Assembly: GCA_963716255.1 (NCBI GenBank)
Contig: OY970303.1
Coordinates: 1,472,001-1,536,000, forward strand
Length of the DNA: 64,000 bases
DNA from: an uncultured Gemmatimonadales bacterium
Lineage (GTDB): Bacteria; Gemmatimonadota; Gemmatimonadetes; Longimicrobiales; Longimicrobiaceae
Direction of reading: 5' to 3'
Part shown: piece after piece, positions 8,901 to 17,098 of the stretch
Numbering within the stretch: position 1 is the stretch's first letter
Layout of the letters: each line of letters begins with the position of its first letter
Position numbers and translations under genes: made by a program
The notes under the pieces: model-generated
Told to the model about the DNA's origin: nothing
Seen by the model: only the letters and a program-made list of their open reading frames with translations
The model's database searches: none

Positions 8901-11372
8901 ATGATCTTCCCCCCGCGTCGCCCCCGCGCATGGCTTCTGGCCGCGCTCGTTCTGCTCCCCGTCCAATCCGCCGATGCACAGGCAGGAGCCCTCCAGTCCG
9001 GTACTCAACTCCTTCTGCACGTGGAGCGGCTTGATCGTCGCCCCGTGGTCGGAGCGCGCCTGACCGTACGTGGCCAGGCTGATGTCAGTGCGCCGACCAC
9101 TGCAGCAGGACGAACACGCATTCAGCTTGGGCCCGCAACGCAGCCGGGCACTTGGGTCGGCTTACGGCTCGTCCAGTCTCCCCCAGGCCAGGATCTCGTC
9201 ATCCTTTCCCCCTGGGATGAGCAGGTCATGCTACCCCCCAGAGGTGCTGCCGCGCAAAACTACGTGCCAGTAGTTCTCGCTGAGAAAAGCTCACGCAGGC
9301 TTCTTGACGATGAGCAGGCTCTGGGCATAATCATCCGACGTGTGCTCAAGGCGGAGCAATCCTCGGTGGGCTCGCAGGCATCGCGACCCGTGGACCTCGC
9401 GGACGCGCGCGCACGGGTGGCGAGGGAGTTCGGTCTTCCGGTGGATTCTCTCGAGGCGGCGCTACGGGCATGGAGCGCGAGGCCCAGGACCGATCCGCTG
9501 GAGCGAGGGTTGGCGGCCCTGTATGAAAGGCGGTACACCGAGGCTGATCGCTCGTTCTTGGAAGCAGACACGCTCGCGGAGCACCGGCTGGTAGAGGTGC
9601 GCCAGTTCCGCGCAAAGTCGTTCTACGAGCAGGGACGGTACCGAGAAGGGGTCGCCTTGCTCGAGCCGTTGGCATCGCTGCGACCGAATGATTACGATCT
9701 GCTGAATCAACTGGCCGTTTGCCTCCTCGCCGCAGGCGAGTATCCGGCAGCCGAGCCCTTCCTGCGCCGCGCGCTGGACATCGCCGAGAAGGAGGGTGGA
9801 GGCGAGTACCCCCACGTCGCGCTTCCGCTCACGAACCTAGGCTGGCTTCTCTTCACCCGAAGCGAGTACGCAGTTGCCGAACAACACTTTCGTCGTGCGT
9901 TGGCGATCAATGAACAGGGAGCGGGCGCGGAGCATCCGAGTGTAGCAATTACGCTCAACCATCTCGGTTCGCTGCTTCTCTACACCGGTGACTTCCCACA
10001 AGCCGAACGGGTCTTTCGCCGCGCGGTCGCCATCAATGAGAAAGTTGTGGGAACCCCGCCAGCAGATCTCGCGAACTCAATCGCGAACCTCGGCGCAGTG
10101 CTGACGGCACAGCACCACTATACCGAAGCCGAACCGCTCCTTCGCCGCGCAGTCACCATCCTGGACACTCTCGGAGCGAATCACCCCGACCTGGCGGAAG
10201 CGGTCGACAAACTCGGAGGAATGCTCGCCAACAGGGGCGAGTACATGGAAGCCGAGACTCTGCTTCGCCGTGCCTTGACAATCAGGGAGAACGCACTTGG
10301 GCGCGAGCACCCGGTCGTGGCGATCTCGCTCAACCACCTGGGCGCGCTTCTGGTCAGAAAACGGGATTTTGCCGCTGCGGAGCCGCTGGTGCGAAGGGCG
10401 ATAGCGATTCGCGAAGCATCGGTCGGCCCCAACGATCCGCGATTGGCGGCCGATTTGAAGCTTCTCGGCGGCCTCCTGCTTGCCCGTGGTGACAATGTGG
10501 CAGCCGAGCCACTGCTTCGCCGGGCAGTCGCCATCTTCGACGAGGTGCTCGGAGGGAACAACCCGGATGCGGTAGATGCGCTCAGAACCCTCGCTGCGCT
10601 CCTGTACCGGACAGACGACCTCGCGGCGGCAGAGTCGTTGCTTCGCCGTGCTCTGGCAATCAACGAGCGAATACTCGGGCCTGAACACCCGGAGGTGGCG
10701 GCCACGCTTGACGATATGGGCACGCTCTTGATGGCGAAGAGAGAATACGTGGGCGCGGAGCCTCTGTTCCGTCGCGCGCTCACCATCAACGAGAGGGCGT
10801 TCGGACCCGAGCACCTGAAGGTCGTGAATCCGCTAAATGATCTTGCAGATCTCCTGCTGGCCACGGGAAACCCCGCCGGCGCGGAGCCATACCAACGTAA
10901 AGCCCTGTCAATCACTGAGAAAGCGCTTGGAACGGAGCACCCGGATGTGGCGGTATCCCTCAGCAGACTCGCCCGGGTGCTGCGCAGGATGGACGACATG
11001 CCCCAGGCTGAGCCGCTACTGCGGCGTGCGCTTGCCATCAACGAGAACGCCTTCGGAACCGAGCATCCTAGCGTCGCGGCCGCCCTCGATGAACTGGGAT
11101 CGCTGCTGATGGACGATGGCGCAACCGCGGAGGCCGAGCGGCTCCTGCGCCGCGCACTCGCTGTCAACGAGAACGCATTCGGCGTTGAGCACCCGGCTGT
11201 AGCCATGTCTCTCGAACGGCTTGCCTGGCTCGCAGAGGACACGGGTAACATTGCGGGGGCGGAGCAGCTTCTCCGCCGTGCGCTGGCGATCTATGAAAAA
11301 GCGCTCGGAAGTGACCACTCCACGGCTCATGAGGTGCGCGCCGACCTTCAGCGCCTGCGGTCCAACAGGTGA
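8901..11372 (+). CDS. Secreted tetratricopeptide-repeat protein (13 kinesin-light-chain-type ~42-aa repeats)
   Basis: Signal peptide; 13 occurrences of the AExLLRRALxIxE pattern, most followed by G.EHP.VA. Confidence 0.9.
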   Translation: MIFPPRRPRAWLLAALVLLPVQSADAQAGALQSGTQLLLHVERLDRRPVVGARLTVRGQADVSAPTTAAGRTRIQLGPATQPGTWVGLRLVQSPPGQDLVILSPWDEQVMLPPRGAAAQNYVPVVLAEKSSRRLLDDEQALGIIIRRVLKAEQSSVGSQASRPVDLADARARVAREFGLPVDSLEAALRAWSARPRTDPLERGLAALYERRYTEADRSFLEADTLAEHRLVEVRQFRAKSFYEQGRYREGVALLEPLASLRPNDYDLLNQLAVCLLAAGEYPAAEPFLRRALDIAEKEGGGEYPHVALPLTNLGWLLFTRSEYAVAEQHFRRALAINEQGAGAEHPSVAITLNHLGSLLLYTGDFPQAERVFRRAVAINEKVVGTPPADLANSIANLGAVLTAQHHYTEAEPLLRRAVTILDTLGANHPDLAEAVDKLGGMLANRGEYMEAETLLRRALTIRENALGREHPVVAISLNHLGALLVRKRDFAAAEPLVRRAIAIREASVGPNDPRLAADLKLLGGLLLARGDNVAAEPLLRRAVAIFDEVLGGNNPDAVDALRTLAALLYRTDDLAAAESLLRRALAINERILGPEHPEVAATLDDMGTLLMAKREYVGAEPLFRRALTINERAFGPEHLKVVNPLNDLADLLLATGNPAGAEPYQRKALSITEKALGTEHPDVAVSLSRLARVLRRMDDMPQAEPLLRRALAINENAFGTEHPSVAAALDELGSLLMDDGATAEAERLLRRALAVNENAFGVEHPAVAMSLERLAWLAEDTGNIAGAEQLLRRALAIYEKALGSDHSTAHEVRADLQRLRSNR

Positions 11373-11551
11373 CGCTGAGGCTCTGCTCATGACGGGGCGG
11401 GCATTGTTCCAGATCGGCTCCGGCGTGCGTTGCTGAAGCTGGAAGATCAAGCCAGACTCTGCGGCGCAGTAGAGGGGGCCGAGCATGCACCGCTCCGTGA
11501 TGGCCGCGTGCCGGCGCATGCACTGGTCGCGGAGGCTGATGCCCGGGTGAG

Positions 11552-11578
11552 GCCGGGGCACGCCCGACCCCGCAGTTG
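11552..11578 (-). repeat. Truncated family A remnant
   Basis: gccggggcacgcccgaccccgcagttg closely matches the end and flank of copy 8 (52243-52270). Confidence 0.6.
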
Positions 11579-11597
11579 CAGTCAGAGCCGTAAAGCG

Positions 11598-12293
11598 TCA
11601 GGGCTCGAACCGGTAGCCGACCTTCCACACGGTGACGATGTGCCGCGGCTCCCGGGCATCCACCTCCAGCTTGCGGCGCAGCTCCGCCACGTGCGAATCC
11701 ACGGTGCGGGTGAGCACCAGCCCCCGGTGCCCCCACACCTCGCGGAGCAGCTCCAGCCGCCGGGCCACGGCGCCGTTGCGGCGCACCAGCGCCAGGAGCA
11801 GCTCGTACGCCTTGGGGGTCAGGGAGACGGGCGCGCCGCCGCGGGTGACCACGCGCGTGGCGGGGCGCACCTCCACCTCGCCGAAGCGGATCACCTCCTC
11901 CTCCGGCGCGGTGCCCGGCCGGCGCGCGGAGCGGCGCAGCAGCGAGCGGACGCGCTCCAGCACCTCCAGGAGCCCGAACGGCTTGGTGACGTACTGGTCG
12001 GCGTCCAGGCGGAAGCCGCGCACCTTGTCCGCCTCCTCGGCGCGGGCGCTCAGGATCATCACCGGCACGCCGCGCTCCTCCGCGCGCAGCGAGCGCAGCA
12101 CCTCGTAGCCGTCCATGCCGGGGAGCATCAGGTCCAGGATCACCAGGTCGGGCTCCCATGCGCGCGCCGCGGCCAGCCCCGCCGCGCCGTCCTCCGCCAC
12201 CCGCACGTCGTAGCCCTCCAGCCGCAGGTTGTACTCCAGCCCCGCGGCCAGGTCCAGGTTGTCCTCCACGATCAGCACGCGCGAGGCGGTCAT
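11598..12293 (-). CDS. OmpR/PhoB-family response regulator
   Basis: VLIVEDN, DLVILDLMLPGMDG, KPF, winged helix RTVDSHVAELRRKLE...TVWKVGYRF. Confidence 0.93.
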   Translation of the reverse strand: MTASRVLIVEDNLDLAAGLEYNLRLEGYDVRVAEDGAAGLAAARAWEPDLVILDLMLPGMDGYEVLRSLRAEERGVPVMILSARAEEADKVRGFRLDADQYVTKPFGLLEVLERVRSLLRRSARRPGTAPEEEVIRFGEVEVRPATRVVTRGGAPVSLTPKAYELLLALVRRNGAVARRLELLREVWGHRGLVLTRTVDSHVAELRRKLEVDAREPRHIVTVWKVGYRFEP

Positions 12294-14047
12294 CGTCCCG
12301 CCCCCGCCAGCGCGGGTGGGAGCGCGCCCTCCTCGGCCGCGGGCGCGGCGGGGAGCTCCACCACGAAGGCGGCCCCGCCCCCCGGCGCGTCCTCCACCCG
12401 CGCGCGCCCGCCGTGCTCCTCCACGATGCCGCGCGCCACCGTCAGCCCGATCCCGCTCCCCCCCACCGAGCGCGCCGCCGGCCCCGAGCCGCGGTGGAAG
12501 GGGCGCCACACGGCCTCGCGCTCCCCCGGCGGCACCCCGGGGCCCTGGTCCGCGACGACGACCCGGGCCGCGCCGGAGGCGGCGCGCTCCACCCGCACGC
12601 GCACCGTCTGCCCCGCGGGGCCGTACTTGACGGCGTTGTCCAGCAGGTTCAGCAGCACCTGGCGGAAGGCGTCGCGCCGCAGCCGCACGGGGGGCACGCC
12701 GTCCGCCGCCGCCTCCACCTCCAGCGTGGCGCGGCGCGAGGCGGCCAGCGGGCGGAACTCCTCCACCACCCGCTCCACCTCTGCGGCCAGGTCCGCCCGC
12801 TCCGGCGGCGCCCCGCGGCCGGGCCGCGAGAACAGCAGCACGTTCTCCACCAGGTAGGCCAGCCGGCGCGTCTCGCGGTCGATGCAGTCCAGCGACCACG
12901 CCCGCTGCTCCTCGGTGGTGAAGCGCCCCAGCCGCAGCGTTTCCAGGAACAGGCGGATCTGCGCCAGCGGAGTGCGCAGCTCGTGCGACACGCTGGCGAC
13001 GAAGTCCGTGCGGCTGCGCAGGAAGCCGCGCTCGCGGCGGAGCTGCGCCATGGCCACCAGCGAGAGCGCCGCCGCCAGCACCAGCAGCCCGGTGAGGAAG
13101 GGGAGCCGCGACGCCGGCACCCCGCCGATCACCACCTCCCCCGCGCGCTCCGGGAGCACCTGCGCCCGGATCACCACCCCGCCCAGCGCCGCCGGGAGCC
13201 GCTGGCGCGCGTCCAGGCTCCACGCCAGCCCCGGCGACGAGTCGAAGAGCACGCCGCCGCCCGCGGTGGACACCTGCACGGCGACCACCTCGCGGTTGGC
13301 GCGGCGCCGGGTGAACGACGCCGGGAGGAGCCCCTGCCCGTCCAGCACCCACGCCAGCCCGCGCCCGATCTCCTCGCGCGTGTACTCCGCTCCGTACACC
13401 AGCGTGTCGCCCCACGCGGTGGGCATCAGCGTGTACGCCAGGAAGCGCGGCCGGCCCCCGAAGCCGCCCACCAGGAATGCGTAGCCGCGGTCGTCGCGCA
13501 GCCCCGATCTCACCTGCGCCGTCAGCGTGTCCACCACCCAGGCGCGCTCCGCCGCCGTGTACACCCCGATGCCGCCCCCGCGCTGGTCCGCCGGCGCCGG
13601 GCGGTCCACCTCCCAGCCGCGCGCCGGGTCCCGGAAGGTGTTGACCCCCACGCCCAGCGTGTCGCTCCCCAGCGTGAAGCCGAAGAAGATCCCCGGGTTC
13701 ACGCCCGAGTCCGCCTGGTGGCAGCCGCACTCCGCGTCCCAGGTCAGGTAGTGCGCCAGGTCGCGCGCGTGCGGCACCCGGGGCGAGGTGTGCATCTCGT
13801 CCTCGTGGTTCACCGCGCCCAGCGCGTCGCGGGCCGCGCCGTCCAGCCACACCTGCAGGTGCTCCCGGTAGCTCCACGCCGCGAAGCCGGCGTACTCGCG
13901 CAGCGCGCTCTCCACCACGGCGCGGTGCGAGCGGGCGGTGCGCTGGGCGTTCCAGGCGGCGACCGCCGTCAGGGCGATGCTGGCCAGCAGCAGGAGGAGC
14001 GGCCAGCCGGGGCGGGTCCAGGCGGGGGGTGCCGGGCGATTCGTCAT
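12290..14047 (-). CDS. Membrane sensor histidine kinase
   Basis: Two TM helices; H-box SVSHELRTPL, N-box NLLDNAVKY, DQGPG, GSGIGL; ATGA overlap with the regulator. Confidence 0.93.
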   Translation of the reverse strand: MTNRPAPPAWTRPGWPLLLLLASIALTAVAAWNAQRTARSHRAVVESALREYAGFAAWSYREHLQVWLDGAARDALGAVNHEDEMHTSPRVPHARDLAHYLTWDAECGCHQADSGVNPGIFFGFTLGSDTLGVGVNTFRDPARGWEVDRPAPADQRGGGIGVYTAAERAWVVDTLTAQVRSGLRDDRGYAFLVGGFGGRPRFLAYTLMPTAWGDTLVYGAEYTREEIGRGLAWVLDGQGLLPASFTRRRANREVVAVQVSTAGGGVLFDSSPGLAWSLDARQRLPAALGGVVIRAQVLPERAGEVVIGGVPASRLPFLTGLLVLAAALSLVAMAQLRRERGFLRSRTDFVASVSHELRTPLAQIRLFLETLRLGRFTTEEQRAWSLDCIDRETRRLAYLVENVLLFSRPGRGAPPERADLAAEVERVVEEFRPLAASRRATLEVEAAADGVPPVRLRRDAFRQVLLNLLDNAVKYGPAGQTVRVRVERAASGAARVVVADQGPGVPPGEREAVWRPFHRGSGPAARSVGGSGIGLTVARGIVEEHGGRARVEDAPGGGAAFVVELPAAPAAEEGALPPALAGAGR

Positions 14048-14078
14048 CGCTGGGTCCGGGCGAAGTGGGTGAACGGCA

Positions 14079-14218
14079 GGATCTGGGCGTGCCCCCGGCT
14101 GGCGCCGGGGTCGGGCTTCGGCTCCGTAGAGCAGCAAACAACGCTGCTCAACGGAGTCGAGCCCCGCGAAACTGCCCGCGGCGATGCTCGCGCCCCTTCG
14201 GGCCGAAATCCCTCACGC
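14079..14218 (+). repeat. Structured repeat family A, copy 3
   Basis: Stem variant gagcagc-aaacaac-gctgctc. Confidence 0.95.
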
Positions 14219-14242
14219 GGGGCTGGTGCTCGCGTCCGCTGG

Positions 14243-14350
14243 GGCCCCCTCCCCCCGGCCCCCTCTCCCAGAATGGCGCTTCACGCTTCGCGTGAACCGT
14301 ATGAAGGGAGAGGGTGGCGAGCCTCAAGCGACCGGGGTGAGGGCCCCCCC
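14243..14350 (+). repeat. Palindromic repeat family C copy (variant with cttcacgcttcgcgtgaa hairpin)
   Basis: Same ends as the other C copies; the internal hairpin is shared with 57712-57870. Confidence 0.75.
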
Positions 14351-14437
14351 GCAATAATGCCGCGCGGGCGGGCGGATACAACCGGCGCGGTGTGCGAGAT
14401 TTGTAAAAGCTGGGGACGAGCGTCCCCGCGGGTGGGG

Positions 14438-16807
14438 CTACAGCGTCACCTCGTCCACGAAGCACCACCCCCAGTCCTCCTCCGGCTCGAAGGATCGCAT
14501 CACCGGGTGGCCTTCGTGCTGGAAGTGGGCGCGGGCGTGGCGGTTGGGCGACGAGTCGCAGCACCCCACGTGGCCGCACGTCATGCAGATGCGCAGGTGC
14601 ACCCAGCGGTCGCCGCGCGCCAGGCACTCCTCGCACCCCGCGGGCGTGCGCGGGAACACCGAGCGGACCGCGCCCAGGTGCGCGCACGCCGACGCGTCCA
14701 CCCGGGGCGCCAGCTCCACCGCCCGCACCGCAGCAGCGCCGGCCGCGCCGCGGCCGCCCGGGGCGGCGCCGTCCCCCTCGCCGTCCGCGCGGAACAGGTC
14801 CGCCACCTCCCGGAACGCCTCCGCGCTCCCGGCAAGCACCAGCTCGTCCCCGGGCCGCAGCGCCGCCTCCGGCCCCGGCGCGGCGACGCGCACGCCGCCA
14901 CGTCGGAGCTCGCGCGGCTCGATCCCGAAGCGCGGCCCCAGCCCCAGCTCGCCCACCGTCCGGCCCGCCGCCGCGGCACCCGCGCGCACCGTCACCGTCC
15001 GCACCCCGAAGCACTCCGGCCCCAGCTCGCACGCGGGGATCGCGGGCGGCCCCGCGGGCGCGGCGCCCTCCTCCGCGTCGCGGAGCTGCGCGTAGCCCGC
15101 GCCGCGGATGCCGCGCTCGTACTCCGCCACCGCCTCCGCCGGGATCGCGTACTCGCCCAGCACCGTCCCGAAGAGCTGGACGATGCTTTCCATCTCCTCC
15201 GCGATCACCGTGTCCGCCCCGGCCGCGCGCAGCGGCTGCGCCTCGGAGATGTAGCGCGTGCGCACCACCACCCGCAGCGTGGGGTTCACCGAGCGCGCCA
15301 CCGACACGATGCGCACCGCCATGGCGGGGTCGTCGTCGGCCACCACCAGCACCTTGGCGCGGTCCGTTCCCACGTGCAGCAGCGTGCGCTGCCGGCTGGA
15401 GTCGCCGCGCAGCACCACGATCCCCTCCTCCTCCGCCTCGCTGGCCCCCCCGGGGTTGAGCGTGGTGACCAGGAAAGGGATCCCCGAGTCGCGCAGCACC
15501 CGCGACAGGCGCCGCGCCGCGTCCCCGTAGCCCGCCACCACCACGTGGTTCTCCAGGCGGGGGACGTGCGCCGGCGGCTCGTCCGACGCCTCCGCCGGCA
15601 CCGACGCGGCGGCGGCGCGCCCCTCCAGGCGGCGCGCCAGCCGCGCCCCGGCCTGCGTCAGGAACGGCGTCAGCACCATCAGCACCACCGTGGTGGCGAT
15701 GAACGTCTGCGAGCCGCCCCGCGGCAGCCCGGCCGGGGCCAGCCCCACCTCGCGCCCGGCGCGCTCCAGCACGAACGAGAACTCCCCCACCTGCGCAAGC
15801 ATCAGCCCGGACGCCGCCGCCACCGGGAGCCGGAAGCCCAGCGCCGCCACGCTCCCGGCCGTCGTCGCCGCCTTGACCAGCAGCACCCCCGTCACCGCCG
15901 CGGCCACCAGCGGCAGGTTGCCCACGAGGAAGCCCACGTCCAGCAGCATCCCCACCGACACGAAGAAGATGGCGCTGAAGAGGATCTGCAGGGGGAGGAT
16001 CTCGCCCAGGGCGTGCTCGCTGAAGCGGCTCTCGCTCACCAGCAGCCCGGCCAGGAAGGCGCCCAGCGACAGGCTCACCCCCGCCAGGCTGGTGAGGTAC
16101 GCCGTCCCCACGCACACCGCGATGACGCTGAGGAGGAAGATCTCCGGCGAGCAGGTCTTCGCCACCGCCTCCATCACCCGGGGCATCAGCCGCCGCGCCG
16201 CGAGCAGCACCACCGCGATGATCGCCGCGGCGCGCCCCAGCGTCAGCGCCACGTCCGCCGCGCCCCCGCCCGCCCCGCCCAGCATGGGCACCAGCAGCAC
16301 CATGGCGATGATGGCGACGTCCTGGAAGATGAGGAGCGCCAGCCCCACCTCGCCGTGCGGCGCCGCAGTCTCGCCCCGGTCCGCCAGCAGCTTGAGGACG
16401 ATTGCCGTGGACGACAGCGACACCAGGAAGCCGGTGAACACCCCCGCGCGCCAGTCCACCCCCAGCGCCGCCAGGATCCCCGCCGTCGCCGCCGTCGCGA
16501 GCCCCACCTGGAGCGCCCCGCCCAGCAGGATCAGCCGGCGGATGCGGGCCAGCTTCTCCAGGCTGAACTCGATGCCGATGGTGAACAGGAGCAGGATCAC
16601 CCCCAGCTCGGCCGCTCCCTCCACCAGCTCGGGCCCCACCAGCCCCAGCCCGTGCGGCCCGATGAGCACGCCCGCCAGCAGGAAGCCCACGATGGGCACC
16701 AGCCCCAGGCGGGCGCAGACGTACGCGATGGCGGCGCCGGCCACGATCAGCGCCGCCACCCCCACGAAGAAGGGCGGCGCGCCGACGAATGCGAAGAGCG
16801 GGTGCAT
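14438..16807 (-). CDS. CPA2/Kef-type cation:proton antiporter with TrkA-N, TrkA-C and C-terminal UBP-type zinc finger
   Basis: LLLFTIGIEFS, SSTAIVLK, LIFQD, LAQVGEFSFV; HVVVAGYG RCK domain; terminal GCEECL...HLRICMTCGHVGCCDSSPNRHARAH. Confidence 0.9.
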   Translation of the reverse strand: MHPLFAFVGAPPFFVGVAALIVAGAAIAYVCARLGLVPIVGFLLAGVLIGPHGLGLVGPELVEGAAELGVILLLFTIGIEFSLEKLARIRRLILLGGALQVGLATAATAGILAALGVDWRAGVFTGFLVSLSSTAIVLKLLADRGETAAPHGEVGLALLIFQDVAIIAMVLLVPMLGGAGGGAADVALTLGRAAAIIAVVLLAARRLMPRVMEAVAKTCSPEIFLLSVIAVCVGTAYLTSLAGVSLSLGAFLAGLLVSESRFSEHALGEILPLQILFSAIFFVSVGMLLDVGFLVGNLPLVAAAVTGVLLVKAATTAGSVAALGFRLPVAAASGLMLAQVGEFSFVLERAGREVGLAPAGLPRGGSQTFIATTVVLMVLTPFLTQAGARLARRLEGRAAAASVPAEASDEPPAHVPRLENHVVVAGYGDAARRLSRVLRDSGIPFLVTTLNPGGASEAEEEGIVVLRGDSSRQRTLLHVGTDRAKVLVVADDDPAMAVRIVSVARSVNPTLRVVVRTRYISEAQPLRAAGADTVIAEEMESIVQLFGTVLGEYAIPAEAVAEYERGIRGAGYAQLRDAEEGAAPAGPPAIPACELGPECFGVRTVTVRAGAAAAGRTVGELGLGPRFGIEPRELRRGGVRVAAPGPEAALRPGDELVLAGSAEAFREVADLFRADGEGDGAAPGGRGAAGAAAVRAVELAPRVDASACAHLGAVRSVFPRTPAGCEECLARGDRWVHLRICMTCGHVGCCDSSPNRHARAHFQHEGHPVMRSFEPEEDWGWCFVDEVTL

Positions 16808-17098
16808 CGGCCTCCGGGGTGGCGGGAGGGTGGGATCCCGCGGCGTCTGGGGACTCCGTCCGCCCCAACGATACCGCCCCCGTCAACCCCGCGGCCAGTG
16901 CCGCTCCCGAGTCTGGCGGCGATTCTGCGGTGGGCCGGCCCCGCGGCGGCACGTTTACCATTGTGCCGCCGGCCCTCACCGTTTTCATTGGTGTGGGCCG
17001 GCGGCGCCGTGCCCGCGCCCCACACCGGATCCCGCGCCGCCCGGCCTCCCGGCCGGACCTTATTCCCGGCGCCGCTCCCCCTTCATCGCGGACCCGCC

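Noticed and set aside
12158..17098. N-terminal ~1650 aa of the 4336-aa ORF
   Set aside because: Arg/Pro/Gly-rich antisense shadow of the kinase and antiporter genes; NRPS-like sequence begins only at GTG 17099
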